Source: a candidate division WOR-3 bacterium (GTDB taxonomy: Bacteria; Hydrothermota; Tepidihabitantia; SM23-42; JAOAFX01). From it: 32,306 bases of DNA. Positions 9,301 through 19,976 of the stretch are shown here, one piece after another. Every line of letters begins with the position of its first letter. Positions within the stretch are counted from its first letter, which is position 1. The position numbers and the translations under genes were made by a program. The notes beneath the pieces are model-generated. The model was not told the origin of the DNA, made no database searches, and saw only the letters and a list, made by a program, of their open reading frames with translations. The stretch is taken from NCBI GenBank assembly GCA_037444665.1, contig JBBILZ010000027.1, positions 1 through 32,306 of the forward strand. Reading direction: 5' to 3'.

Positions 9301-10528
9301 AGTCTATTTTGTATCACTCGGTTGTCCTAAAAACCTCGTTGATTCTGAGGGTATAATGGGTATCCTTGAAAAATTTGGTATTTCAATAACCGATTCACTA
9401 AATAAGAGCGATGTGGTTATTATCAATACCTGTGGCTTTATAAAACCAGCTCTCAAAGAAACCGAAGCAGAAATAAAAAGAATTTTAAAACAAAAGAATC
9501 ATAAAAAGGTATATGTTTATGGATGTGCAGTAAATCGCGCAGGTGAATCACTTATGAGAAAATTCCCTGATGTTACTGCCTGGTTCACTCTCAAAGAAAA
9601 AGGTGCTCTAGTCAAATCCATTATCAAAAGAAATATAAAATTTAAATCACGACTCATAACCACGAGCGGATTTGCCTATCTCAAAATTGCGGATGGTTGT
9701 TCTAATCACTGTTCTTATTGCACAATCCCGCAGATAAAAGGTGAATTCAAAAGTTTCAGATACGAAGATTTAATAAATGAAGCAGAAGCACTGGCAACAC
9801 TTGGTATAAAAGAGCTCATCCTGATTGCTCAAGATACTGCAAAATACGGAATGGACATTTATGGTAGACCAATGTTAGCCCCATTATTAAAAGGTCTGTC
9901 AAAAATTAAAGGGATTGAATGGCTCAGGATTTTGTATGCGCATCCCCGTTCTATAACATCTGCGCTAATTGCAGAGATTAAAAATAACCCAAAGGTCTGC
10001 AAGTATCTTGATATGCCAGTTCAACATATAAATGACCGGATACTTGCCTTGATGAATCGCGGTGTTACAAAAAAAGACATTATTGATATTATAAAAAAAT
10101 TAAAGGGGATAACCCTGCGCACAACTATCATGGTAGGTTTTCCCACAGAGACTGAAGAAGAATTCAATGAACTTTATGATTTTCTTAAAAAGGGATACTT
10201 TGATTGGTTCGGAGCTTTCAGATACTTTCAGGAACCAAAAACTGATGCCGCTTTTTTCAAACCCCTTTCTCAAAAGATAGTGAATCAGCGATTTAAAAAG
10301 ATATTAAACCTCCAGCAATCATTAATTGATAAAAAGAATAGACTGAGACTGAACAAGTCTTATAAGATACTCATTCATCACAGAGGCAGAGATATTATTG
10401 GCCATACAGAATTTTCTGCGCCTGAGATTGATGGGCAGGTTATTATCAATTCCCGCCGCATCATACCCGGACAATTCTGCTTTTTGAGAATTAATAAAAT
10501 AAAAGGAGCAGACCTGTATGCACAATAA
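9293..10528 (+). CDS. rimO: Ribosomal protein S12 methylthiotransferase RimO
   Basis: SLGCPKNLVDSE, INTCGFI, radical SAM CSNHCSYC, LIAQD, APEIDG. Confidence 0.9.
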   Translation: MTKVYFVSLGCPKNLVDSEGIMGILEKFGISITDSLNKSDVVIINTCGFIKPALKETEAEIKRILKQKNHKKVYVYGCAVNRAGESLMRKFPDVTAWFTLKEKGALVKSIIKRNIKFKSRLITTSGFAYLKIADGCSNHCSYCTIPQIKGEFKSFRYEDLINEAEALATLGIKELILIAQDTAKYGMDIYGRPMLAPLLKGLSKIKGIEWLRILYAHPRSITSALIAEIKNNPKVCKYLDMPVQHINDRILALMNRGVTKKDIIDIIKKLKGITLRTTIMVGFPTETEEEFNELYDFLKKGYFDWFGAFRYFQEPKTDAAFFKPLSQKIVNQRFKKILNLQQSLIDKKNRLRLNKSYKILIHHRGRDIIGHTEFSAPEIDGQVIINSRRIIPGQFCFLRINKIKGADLYAQ

Positions 10529-11285
10529 ATTTTTACTGATTATTGCCCCGGTATTTGCCCTGGCATTAGAATTTCCACTGGAATTTAATGGTGGCGTATT
10601 TTTAGGTAAGTATCTTAACAGCGATACAATTAGATTCAATATGGATGCATCAGCACAATTAAGATGCACAATGATAAGACACAACAGATTTTCTTTTTAT
10701 ATGGAATATCGCGACGACCTTGATATGGCTGAGCAGAAGGGCGGTGTTTCTCTTGACCCACGCTATTCCCATTATTTTGTCATTGCTGGTTTTGAATACC
10801 ATTTGGCAAAACTATTCGGTCGGTTTTCATTTATTCATGATTGTGTGCATGATATTGATTATGAGGTTGAAGGAACTCCGGTCTTTAATCGCCTTTTATT
10901 CTTGATTGCCAATGCTGATTACCACCCAACAAAGATAATAATTTCGTCAGAAAAAATAGTCTGGGCACTCGGTTTCAAATTTTATCCCCATACTAAATAT
11001 CATGGTTGGGACATAAATGCGGGTGCTGATTATCAGTATGAATTCATACTGGATGCAAAATTTACAATCTGGGATAAAAAAAATTTTAGTGCACTCATTA
11101 ATCCTGATCTTGGCATCTGCCAAGGTGATACTACATTATACCATCAGCATGCAATAAAAGGAATGGTATTTTATAAAAACAATGGTCGCAGATTTGGATT
11201 TGAGTTGAAATACAATATTTATAATAATGACCCAATAAAAAATCCAGGAGGCTTATGGCTACTTTCAGTATTTGTGGAATTTTGA
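10518..11285 (+). CDS. Hypothetical protein, probable outer-membrane beta-barrel
   Basis: Signal peptide, amphipathic beta-strand pattern, C-terminal Phe (VFVEF). Confidence 0.6.
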   Translation: MHNKFLLIIAPVFALALEFPLEFNGGVFLGKYLNSDTIRFNMDASAQLRCTMIRHNRFSFYMEYRDDLDMAEQKGGVSLDPRYSHYFVIAGFEYHLAKLFGRFSFIHDCVHDIDYEVEGTPVFNRLLFLIANADYHPTKIIISSEKIVWALGFKFYPHTKYHGWDINAGADYQYEFILDAKFTIWDKKNFSALINPDLGICQGDTTLYHQHAIKGMVFYKNNGRRFGFELKYNIYNNDPIKNPGGLWLLSVFVEF

Positions 11286-12886
11286 TTTTCAATCTTTTTG
11301 CTGCCAACCATTCAGGCAGTTCTTATGAGTTATTCAGTATTGGTTGTCAGCTGGAGATGGAAGGCAATATCGCAGAAGCTATTGAATACTACATTGCTGC
11401 ATTAAAAAAAGATTCTACTGCTTCAGAACTTTACTATGCATTAGCAAATGCCTGCTATAGAATAAAAAAATTTGATGAAGGGATTGAATATGCAAAAAAA
11501 GGTCTAAATTTTGTAAAGGATAGCACTGAATTATACGGTATGGTTGCAGCTGGCTACATTGTCCGGGGAGACCTTAAAAATGCAATAAATTATTATTTAA
11601 AAATCAAGGAACTCAAACCAGGAGACGCAGGTATAGCCCAGACGGTATCCTTGCTTTATGAAGGATTCGGTGATCTGAATTCAGCCAGGCAAGTATTGCT
11701 GGAAATTCCTGATAGCCTCAAAAATATTGAAATTTATAATCGCCTGGGCACAATCGCCGGAAAATCAAAAAATCATAGAGAGGCAATAAATTTTTTCAAA
11801 AAGGCTTTAGCACTGGATACAACAAATTATACTGCGTTGCTCGGTGTTGGCACGGGATTTGATATTCTAAATGTGAAAGATTCAGCAATCTATTACTATG
11901 AGCGAGCTGAGCAATACGATAATTCCACTGATTTGCGGAAAAGGCTCCTGGACCTTTATGGAGACATGGAAAATTATGAAAAGATGGTTAAGATTGCACA
12001 TGAGATTTTGAATACAGATTACTATGATTTTTTTGTGCGCCGTAGTCTTGGTTTTGCATTATACAAATTGGGTATGTTTAATGATGCCTTGAATGAATTT
12101 CTGGTCAGTGCCGGGCTCAATCCACAGGATGACTATTCCCGTTTTTATATTGCTCGTATTAATCTTGAGCAGAGAAATCTTGATGAAGCACAACGGGCAA
12201 TTGAAGAGGCAATAAAAATAAATCCTGATTTTATTGAACTCTGGGTCTATGCAGGATTTATCGCCCTTGATAAAAAAGAGTATAAAAATGCAAAATATTA
12301 TTTTAGTGAAGCAGCATATCGGAATGCCGATATGTCGCAGATTTATTACCTTCTTGGTGCCACATCAGAAATAGAAAGCGATTATACCAATGCCTACTTC
12401 TTCTATAAAAAATCACTAAAACTAAATCCTTCTTCTTTGCCCGGACTCTCTGCCCTGGCAAATTTGTGCGACCGTATTGGAAAAAAAGAAGAGGCATTCA
12501 AAACATTTGAAAAAGTTATCTCATTTGATTCTACAGATGCTACTGCCCTGAACTATGTAGGTTATACCTATGCCGAAAGGGCAGAAAGCCTTGAATATGC
12601 CCTCAACCTGATTGAACGAGCTCTCAGCATTGAGCCGAACAATGGTTATTTTATTGATTCCCGGGGCTGGGTCTATTATCAGAAAGGAGACTATGAATCA
12701 GCCCTCAGTGATTTAAAAAGAGCGAGCGAACTGGTTGAAGATGCAGTCATCCTGGAACATTTGGGCGATGTCTATGTCAAACTTAATGAAATTGAAAAAG
12801 CGATTGAGGTGTATCAAAAAATTCTCAGTCTGGAGCCACAGAATAAAAACATTAAAAACAAATTGACAATTCTGAAAGGAAAATAG
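11255..12886 (+). CDS. Exported TPR-repeat protein
   Basis: Many TPR-like repeats; ALNYVGYTYAE...IDSRGWVYYQ...ILEHLGDVY C-terminal pattern. Confidence 0.85.
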   Translation: MATFSICGILIFNLFAANHSGSSYELFSIGCQLEMEGNIAEAIEYYIAALKKDSTASELYYALANACYRIKKFDEGIEYAKKGLNFVKDSTELYGMVAAGYIVRGDLKNAINYYLKIKELKPGDAGIAQTVSLLYEGFGDLNSARQVLLEIPDSLKNIEIYNRLGTIAGKSKNHREAINFFKKALALDTTNYTALLGVGTGFDILNVKDSAIYYYERAEQYDNSTDLRKRLLDLYGDMENYEKMVKIAHEILNTDYYDFFVRRSLGFALYKLGMFNDALNEFLVSAGLNPQDDYSRFYIARINLEQRNLDEAQRAIEEAIKINPDFIELWVYAGFIALDKKEYKNAKYYFSEAAYRNADMSQIYYLLGATSEIESDYTNAYFFYKKSLKLNPSSLPGLSALANLCDRIGKKEEAFKTFEKVISFDSTDATALNYVGYTYAERAESLEYALNLIERALSIEPNNGYFIDSRGWVYYQKGDYESALSDLKRASELVEDAVILEHLGDVYVKLNEIEKAIEVYQKILSLEPQNKNIKNKLTILKGK

Positions 12887-12889
12887 TGT

Positions 12890-14137
12890 ATGGAACCTTA
12901 TCGTATCAAGGTAATTGAACCAATTAGGATGACAACACGCACAATGCGCAAAAAGATACTGGCGCAGGCAGGTTATAATCTATTTCTTATCCCTGCCCAA
13001 TATGTTGATATTGATTTGATATCGGATTCAGGAACTGGCGCAATGAGTGCACGGGCATGGGCAAAGATGATTGAAGCAGAAGAAGATTTCTCCGGGCAGA
13101 AGGCGGGTGAAGATTTTTTGAGGATTGCCCGCAATATAACTGGTTTCCCTTTTATCCAGCCCGTACACCAGGGAAGGACGGCGGAAAATATCCTGTTTAA
13201 ATTACTCTTTAAAAAAGGGGATACGATAATCTCCAACACCCATTTTGAAACAACCAGAGCAAATCTTGAGGGAATCGGCGCACGGGCACTTGACTTTGCT
13301 GAATTGAAACCTATGTTCTGTGGTAATATCAATCTTGATCAGCTGGAAACCGCAGTAAAAAAGGACAAAAATCTCAGGGCTGTAATAATGACCCTCACCA
13401 ATAATATAAAAGGCGGCCAGCCGGTATCACTGGAAAATATAAAAGAAACTTACCGGATTATTAAACAGAAAGATATCCTGTTAATCTTTGATGCCAGCAG
13501 ATTTGCTGATAATGCATTTTTCATAAAAAAATATACAAATTATAAAAAATCAATTCTGAGTATCTGCCAGGAAATGTTCTGTTATTGTGATATTCTCTAT
13601 TTGAGCAGTAAAAAAGATTGTCTTGTCAATATTGGTGGATTTATCGGTTTAAGGAACAGAAAAATATATGAATGTCTGCGTGAAAAGGTTATTGAACAAG
13701 AATCCTATCCAAGTTCAGGCGGACTTGCGGCAAGGGACCTTGCGGCAATGGCAATAGGCCTGGAAGAGTCCATTGATGAAAAATTTCTTAAATCGCATAT
13801 TGATAAGGTCCATTATCTCGGCAGAATCTTAGAAACCAGCGGGGTAAATGTTTTTAAACCATTTGGTGGCCATGGTATTGTGATAATACCGAAGACCTCT
13901 CTTCCTTACTCTGCATTTGCCCTCGGGGCACAGATTTATCTGGAAAAAGGGATAAGGACTGGAGTATTCGGTAATGAGCTCAGACTGGCAATTCCCCGCA
14001 GGGTCTATACAAAGGAACATATAGAATTTGTGGGAAAATCCATTGCGCAGATATATAATAAAGCAAAACCGCTTCATTTAAAATTGAAAAATAGACCAAA
14101 ATCATTCTTCAACTTCTTTGCTCAATTTTATATATAG
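12890..14137 (+). CDS. PLP-dependent beta-eliminating lyase, tryptophanase/tyrosine phenol-lyase family (divergent)
   Basis: EPYRIKVIEP, IDLISDSGT, HQGR.AE, GGQPVS, DASRF, SSKKD (PLP Lys), LRLAIPRRVYT. Confidence 0.85.
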   Translation: MEPYRIKVIEPIRMTTRTMRKKILAQAGYNLFLIPAQYVDIDLISDSGTGAMSARAWAKMIEAEEDFSGQKAGEDFLRIARNITGFPFIQPVHQGRTAENILFKLLFKKGDTIISNTHFETTRANLEGIGARALDFAELKPMFCGNINLDQLETAVKKDKNLRAVIMTLTNNIKGGQPVSLENIKETYRIIKQKDILLIFDASRFADNAFFIKKYTNYKKSILSICQEMFCYCDILYLSSKKDCLVNIGGFIGLRNRKIYECLREKVIEQESYPSSGGLAARDLAAMAIGLEESIDEKFLKSHIDKVHYLGRILETSGVNVFKPFGGHGIVIIPKTSLPYSAFALGAQIYLEKGIRTGVFGNELRLAIPRRVYTKEHIEFVGKSIAQIYNKAKPLHLKLKNRPKSFFNFFAQFYI

Positions 14138-14156
14138 AATTACAATTAATTCAATA

Positions 14157-14184
14157 TAAACTTTCTCTGCGGGAATTTGTCTAA
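14157..14184 (+). promoter_or_regulatory. Putative ECF (RpoE-like) promoter upstream of clpC-bamA-skp
   Basis: (T)AAACTT-N16-TCTAA. Confidence 0.4.
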
Positions 14185-14187
14185 CTC

Positions 14188-14215
14188 TTGACAGGATATT
14201 ATTTTTAAGTAAAAT
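14188..14215 (+). promoter_or_regulatory. Sigma70-type promoter for the clpC operon
   Basis: TTGACA-N16-TAAAAT. Confidence 0.7.
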
Positions 14216-14299
14216 GGTAATATATGAAATTAGACATAATTGTTAATAGGGAAAAAACGAAAATAATCTTAAATTTTAGGAACTTTCAAGGAGGTTTCT

Positions 14300-16702
14300 T
14301 TGCAGGAACGATTTACTGAAAGAGTTAGAAAAATTTTACACATTGCTCGCGAAGAGGCGATAAGGTTCAGACACAATTTTATTGGAACCGAGCATCTGCT
14401 TCTTGCCATGATAAAAGAAGGGGAAGGTGTTGGAGCAATGGTTTTGATAAATTTAGGTGTTGAACTGAATGAATTACTCAAGGCAATTGAAAATTCTATC
14501 ACCATTGGGTCAGGTGGTAAGATTGATGTTACATTGGGTAATGAAGCAAGGGTCTGCCTCAATTATGCAATGGAAGAGGCAAAAAATCTTGGCCATACAT
14601 ATATTGGAACTGAACATCTCCTCTTAGGAATTATCAGAACCGAAGGCAGTATCGGTGCTCAGATCCTTGTATCAATGGGCATTGATTATGACATTGCAAA
14701 AAATGAAATTATCCAGTTATTAAAACCAGAAGGCGTTGCTGCTGGAAAATCAAAAGGTAAGCCACGGGGTTCAGCATTAGAATTATTTTCTCGTGACCTA
14801 ACCCAGTTTGCACGCGAAGGCAAACTTGACCCTATTATCGGTCGTGAAAATGAAATTGAACGGGTCATTCAAATCCTTTCAAGACGAAAAAAGAACAATC
14901 CGGTCTTGATTGGCGAAGCAGGCGTTGGAAAGACTGCGATTGTAGAAGGTCTTGCTCAGGATATTGTTGCGGGAAATGTTCCAGATTCATTAAAGAACAA
15001 AAGGGTCCTTGCACTGGACATGGCATCAATTGTGGCAGGCACAAAATATCGGGGACAGTTTGAAGAAAGATTAAAAGCCGTAATCAATGAAGTCACTAAT
15101 AATAAGGATATTGTATTGTTCATTGATGAATTGCATACTATTGTTGGTGCCGGTGCTGCAGAAGGCGCCATAGATGCATCAAATATGCTCAAACCCGCAC
15201 TCGCCCGTGGCGAACTTCAATGTATTGGCGCAACCACACTTGAAGATTATCGTAGATATATTGAAAAAAATGGTGCACTGGAAAGAAGGTTCCAGCCTAT
15301 TATTGTCAATCCACCTTCAGTGCAGGAAACAATCGGAATATTAAAGGGGCTAAAAGAAAATTATGAAAAACACCATCAAATAATATATTCTGATGAATCG
15401 CTGGAAGCTGCTGCCTATCTTTCTGAACGATACATTACTGATAGATTTTTGCCGGACAAAGCAATTGATGTGATTGATGAAGCCGGTGCAAAGGTAAAAT
15501 TGTCAAAAATTGCCAAAGACCCAAAAATAATTGAACTGGAAAACAAACTACTTGAAATAAAAAAGGAAAAGGATAAGATGGTCGCAGACCAAAAATATGA
15601 AGAGGCTGCAGAATTACACAAAGAAGAGATAAAAATCCAGGAACAGATAAAAAAACGCAAGGATTCATATTCGGAAACCTCAAAACCCGTGGTCTGCGAA
15701 GAGGATATTGCTTTTGTAGTATCGCGCTGGACTGGTATACCGGTTTCACGGATTGAAGAGAAGGAATCAAAGCGTTTATTGAAGATGGAAGAAGAATTAC
15801 ATAAAAAGATTGTTGGACAAGACGAAGCAATAAAAGTTGTTTCCCGTGCAATCAGGCGTAGTCGGGCTGGCGTAAAAGACCCGCGGAGGCCCATTGGTTC
15901 TTTCATATTTCTTGGTCCCACCGGTGTTGGTAAGACCGAGCTTGCGCGACGGCTCGCTGAATTTCTTTTCAATGACATAAATTCATTGATTACCCTTGAT
16001 ATGTCTGAGTATATGGAGAAATTTAATGTTTCAAGATTGATTGGTGCACCACCGGGTTATGTAGGTTATGAAGAGGGTGGTCAATTAACCGAAAAAGTCA
16101 GACGCAAGCCGTATTCAGTGGTTCTTCTTGATGAAATTGAAAAGGCACATCCGGATGTCTTTAATATCTTATTGCAAATTCTTGAAGATGGCCAGCTCAC
16201 TGATTCATTTGGCAGAAAAGTTGATTTTAAAAATACCGTAATAATAATGACCTCAAATATTGGCACCGCTGATATAAGAAGGAGCGATGGCATTGGGTTT
16301 GCAAAAGTAGATTCATCTGTGTCTTACGAAAAGATGAAAGAACGATTATTAGAAGAAGTAAAAAAATTATTTAATCCCGAATTTCTCAATCGGATTGATG
16401 AAATTGTAGTATTCCGTTCATTAACAAAAGAAGATATGAAAAAGATTGTGGATATCCTGATTGGTGAACTTGAAGAAAGGCTTGATGACAAAAAGATGGT
16501 GCTGGAAATAGATGAGTCAGGCAAGGATTTACTTGTGGAAGAAGGCTTTGACCCACAATTTGGAGCAAGGCCTATCAAGCGGACAATAAGAAGGCTTATT
16601 GAAGACCCACTATCAGAAGAGATTCTCAAAGGTAATATCAAAGAGGGCAAACACATAAAACTCGTGCGTTCTGGAGACCGGCTGGAATTCAAAACCAAAT
16701 GA
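14300..16702 (+). CDS. clpC: ATP-dependent Clp protease ATP-binding subunit ClpC
   Basis: Two Clp-N repeats (IGTEHLLL), two AAA+ modules ([16 protein letters not shown]), short UVR-like middle domain; TTG start after AGGAGG. Confidence 0.93.
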   Translation: MQERFTERVRKILHIAREEAIRFRHNFIGTEHLLLAMIKEGEGVGAMVLINLGVELNELLKAIENSITIGSGGKIDVTLGNEARVCLNYAMEEAKNLGHTYIGTEHLLLGIIRTEGSIGAQILVSMGIDYDIAKNEIIQLLKPEGVAAGKSKGKPRGSALELFSRDLTQFAREGKLDPIIGRENEIERVIQILSRRKKNNPVLIGEAGVGKTAIVEGLAQDIVAGNVPDSLKNKRVLALDMASIVAGTKYRGQFEERLKAVINEVTNNKDIVLFIDELHTIVGAGAAEGAIDASNMLKPALARGELQCIGATTLEDYRRYIEKNGALERRFQPIIVNPPSVQETIGILKGLKENYEKHHQIIYSDESLEAAAYLSERYITDRFLPDKAIDVIDEAGAKVKLSKIAKDPKIIELENKLLEIKKEKDKMVADQKYEEAAELHKEEIKIQEQIKKRKDSYSETSKPVVCEEDIAFVVSRWTGIPVSRIEEKESKRLLKMEEELHKKIVGQDEAIKVVSRAIRRSRAGVKDPRRPIGSFIFLGPTGVGKTELARRLAEFLFNDINSLITLDMSEYMEKFNVSRLIGAPPGYVGYEEGGQLTEKVRRKPYSVVLLDEIEKAHPDVFNILLQILEDGQLTDSFGRKVDFKNTVIIMTSNIGTADIRRSDGIGFAKVDSSVSYEKMKERLLEEVKKLFNPEFLNRIDEIVVFRSLTKEDMKKIVDILIGELEERLDDKKMVLEIDESGKDLLVEEGFDPQFGARPIKRTIRRLIEDPLSEEILKGNIKEGKHIKLVRSGDRLEFKTK

Positions 16703-18891
16703 TAATTTTTATTCTCTTTACCTACACCATTGCCAATATCACTGTTGATGCAAAGTATACAGATAAAGAATTAATCATTCAGACAAGCGGGATGAAAATT
16801 GGCGAGCAATTCAAGGAATCAGCAATTAAGCAGGCAATCAATAACCTTTATCGGTTACGCCTGTTTAACAACATTGCCATTGATACATCAATCGTCGCAG
16901 ATGGAATATTTATTAATATCTCAGTAGATGAAGCACCGTTTTTAAGTGGGAAACCACAATTCATTGCTAATAAAAAAATCAGGCAGGGTGATTTGCTAAA
17001 AAAAATTGACCTGAAAGATGGACAGGTCTTAACAAAAAAGGCAATCTTTGATGCTCGGGTAAAAATAATTGACCATTATAATGAAAAGAATTACTACAAT
17101 ACGACAGTTAGTGATAGTATCGTTCCAGACACACTGAACCGTGTAAAACTATATTTTATTATTAATGAAGGTTCACCCCTACGCATCAGCAGAATCAATA
17201 TTGAAGGCAATTACGCACTCACTGATGGTGCAATAAAACGAAAAATGCAAAACCGCGAAAAAGGATTCTTACGAAGTGGGAAACTTGACCGGGTAAAACT
17301 CAAGGAAGATGTTGAACGTATAAAAAATTTCTACCGGGAAAATGGATTTCTTGATGTGATTGTGCAAGAACCTGAAATTAATGTCTCAGATGGAAAATTG
17401 ACCGTAACAATTAATATTACTGAAAATCAGCGTTATTATACCGGCAACATTAAGTTTTCTGGCAATAATCTTTTTAGTAGTGACCAGTTAGAGAAGAATT
17501 TAAAGTTGCAAACAAATGAGATATTTGATCTGACAAAAGCGCAGAATAGTTTGCAGAAATTTTACGAGATTTATGCAGATGAAGGTTATATATATTGTGC
17601 TATTGTTCCGATTGAGACAATTAGGGATAGTTTCATTGATATTGAATATCAGATCACAGAATCGCGGCCTGCCAATATTAACCGAATAAATATTGCGGGC
17701 AATTATCGCACCCGGGAAAAGGTTATCCGTCGTGAAATTGTTACCCTTCCCGGCACAAGATTCAGACGGTCACAGGTTATTCGTAGCATGCGTGAGATAT
17801 TTAATCTTGGCTTTTTTGAAGATATCACTCCTGAAACCGGAACACCTGATGATAGCGGAAATATAGATTTAACCTATCGGGTTAAAGAAAAAGAAGGTGT
17901 TGGTTCAATTGGTGCAGGTATGGCATATTCAGCCCAGGATAAATTAACCGGCTATATTGAATTGAGCCATCCCAATATTTTTGGACGGGGACAAAGAGTT
18001 TATACAAAATTTGAAATTGGTGGAAGACTGACCAATGTTCAATTCGGTTTTACCGAACCCTGGCTTTTTGATACAAGAACCACTGCCGGTTTTGATATCT
18101 ATTATACTAATCGGCGCTGGGACTTTTATACAAAAAGGGATATTGGTGGTGCTACAAATTTTTCATTTCCATTCTTTCTTGATTATACAAGATTTAACTA
18201 CACATTCAGGGTGGAAAGAACGCAGATTCTGGATATTGCAAAAGAATATCAACCAACTACGGGCTATGACCTGAGAAATGATACAATCCCCAAGTGGACT
18301 TTAGCAAATAACTATGGAATAATCCGCGATACAAGGGATTTTATCTTTAATCCATCAAGTGGTTCATACATATCACTGCAGAGCGAGATTGCCAAACCAT
18401 GGATATTTGCCAATATTGATTATAACAGATTTACTTTTGAAACAAGGTCATATTTTCCTGTTTACTGGAAATTTGTGCTTATGACAAGGTTCCGTGCCGG
18501 TATTGTCACGAGTTCAAGTGAAGTTCCATACTACAAAAGATTTTATGCTGGTGGCACTGGTGAAGATGGTGTGCGTGGTTATTCAGACCGTTCTCTCACC
18601 CCTTTTGAAAATGGGAAGGCAGTTGGTGGAAATGCCTTATTCATTAATAATCTGGAACTTAAATTAAAATTGTCACAGAGTTTTGCATTCCTTGTATTTT
18701 ATGATATGGGTAATGCCTTTGCTTCATATAAAGATATCAATCTTTATGACCTGAAACGGGGTGCGGGAATTGGCATCAGGGTAGAAATTCCAATGATGGG
18801 AGTACTCGGTTTTGACCTTGGCTATGGATTTGACCGGGCACAACCTGGTTTTGAACCACACTTCCAGATAAATCCATTTGGAATGTTTTAA
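16699..18891 (+). CDS. bamA: Outer-membrane protein assembly factor BamA
   Basis: POTRA repeats ([13 protein letters not shown]), [13 protein letters not shown]...VRGY motif, C-terminal Phe. Confidence 0.92.
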   Translation: MIIFILFTYTIANITVDAKYTDKELIIQTSGMKIGEQFKESAIKQAINNLYRLRLFNNIAIDTSIVADGIFINISVDEAPFLSGKPQFIANKKIRQGDLLKKIDLKDGQVLTKKAIFDARVKIIDHYNEKNYYNTTVSDSIVPDTLNRVKLYFIINEGSPLRISRINIEGNYALTDGAIKRKMQNREKGFLRSGKLDRVKLKEDVERIKNFYRENGFLDVIVQEPEINVSDGKLTVTINITENQRYYTGNIKFSGNNLFSSDQLEKNLKLQTNEIFDLTKAQNSLQKFYEIYADEGYIYCAIVPIETIRDSFIDIEYQITESRPANINRINIAGNYRTREKVIRREIVTLPGTRFRRSQVIRSMREIFNLGFFEDITPETGTPDDSGNIDLTYRVKEKEGVGSIGAGMAYSAQDKLTGYIELSHPNIFGRGQRVYTKFEIGGRLTNVQFGFTEPWLFDTRTTAGFDIYYTNRRWDFYTKRDIGGATNFSFPFFLDYTRFNYTFRVERTQILDIAKEYQPTTGYDLRNDTIPKWTLANNYGIIRDTRDFIFNPSSGSYISLQSEIAKPWIFANIDYNRFTFETRSYFPVYWKFVLMTRFRAGIVTSSSEVPYYKRFYAGGTGEDGVRGYSDRSLTPFENGKAVGGNALFINNLELKLKLSQSFAFLVFYDMGNAFASYKDINLYDLKRGAGIGIRVEIPMMGVLGFDLGYGFDRAQPGFEPHFQINPFGMF

Positions 18892-18927
18892 TAATGTCCT
18901 TGCCCAGGAAAACAGGAGGTATAAAGA

Positions 18928-19881
18928 ATGAAAATCCATAAAATAATCCTTTTAAGTTTATTAATACCGTTACTGGTTATTGCCAAAGAACAAAAGATAG
19001 GGTTTGTAGAATCATCCCAAATTTTTGCACAGTATCAGGCGACTGCGACTGCCAATGAACAATTTAATGAATTTGTAAACACCTGCCGGGATTCAGCAGC
19101 AAAATTACAATTGAATATACAAACCCTAAAGAATGAACTTGATGCGCAGAAATTGATGTTGAGTGAAGAGGCACGCCTTAAAAAACTTGATGAGATTGAA
19201 ACCAACACACAGATTTACAATCAATACCTCCAGGATGTTTTTGGTCCCGGGGGAAAGATTGAACAGAAGAATGATGAATTGATGGCACCGCTTTTGAAAA
19301 AAATAAATGAAGCAATTGCCAAGATTGCCCAGCAAGAAGGATTCTCAATGGTACTTGACCTTTCCGAAGATATTTTCTATGCCTCATCCGAACTTAACCT
19401 TACTGAACTTGTGATAAATGAATTGAATCGCGAGTATGGTGTCGCAACAATCGTTCCCACAGAAACAAAAAAATATATTGGCATTATACCTTTCCGCGAA
19501 GAAAACAACGAAGCATTAAATGAAAACCTCGGTGAAAAATGTCAGGATGAGATGTATAAGGCATTGAGTCAGTATACTACTGCCTTTAAAATCACCAGCA
19601 AAGCCGAGATAATGACGAAGCTAAAAGAACAGCAATGGGATTACAAAAAACTTGACGAAAATCAGGCAATTAGAACTGGTAAAGCTGCACTCTGCGATTA
19701 TATCTTTATTGGTAAAGTGAGCAAAACCAGCAATAAAATTGATTACACAATGAAATTGATGGATGTAAAAACAGGGACAGAATTAGGTTCGCGCACAAGT
19801 AATGTAACCGATGATATAAAATTTACTGAATCACTTACCAATGACCTGAGAACCCTGCTTGAAATATTGCAGAAAAAATAA
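18928..19881 (+). CDS. skp: OmpH/Skp chaperone fused to a C-terminal CsgG/LpoB/FlgO-like domain
   Basis: KIGFVES, coiled coil, IAQQEGFSMVLD...LTELVINELN, then ~145 extra aa (IGIIPF...GKAALCDYIFIGKV...MKLMDVKTG); lies downstream of bamA. Confidence 0.75.
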   Translation: MKIHKIILLSLLIPLLVIAKEQKIGFVESSQIFAQYQATATANEQFNEFVNTCRDSAAKLQLNIQTLKNELDAQKLMLSEEARLKKLDEIETNTQIYNQYLQDVFGPGGKIEQKNDELMAPLLKKINEAIAKIAQQEGFSMVLDLSEDIFYASSELNLTELVINELNREYGVATIVPTETKKYIGIIPFREENNEALNENLGEKCQDEMYKALSQYTTAFKITSKAEIMTKLKEQQWDYKKLDENQAIRTGKAALCDYIFIGKVSKTSNKIDYTMKLMDVKTGTELGSRTSNVTDDIKFTESLTNDLRTLLEILQKK

Positions 19882-19937
19882 AAAAATATACTGCCTAAAT
19901 TTTTGTCAAATATAAATATTTAATAACTATCACTTTC

Positions 19938-19965
19938 TTGACATAACCCACTCTGTATATATAAT
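19938..19965 (+). promoter_or_regulatory. Sigma70-type promoter
   Basis: TTGACA-N16-TATAAT. Confidence 0.75.
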
Positions 19966-19976
19966 TTTCAAAACAG

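Noticed and set aside
14269..16698. Several antisense ORFs up to 187 aa opposite clpC, and similar ones opposite the ALDH, mutL and ABC genes
   Set aside because: Typical shadow ORFs of conserved genes; no SD, promoter or recognisable motifs
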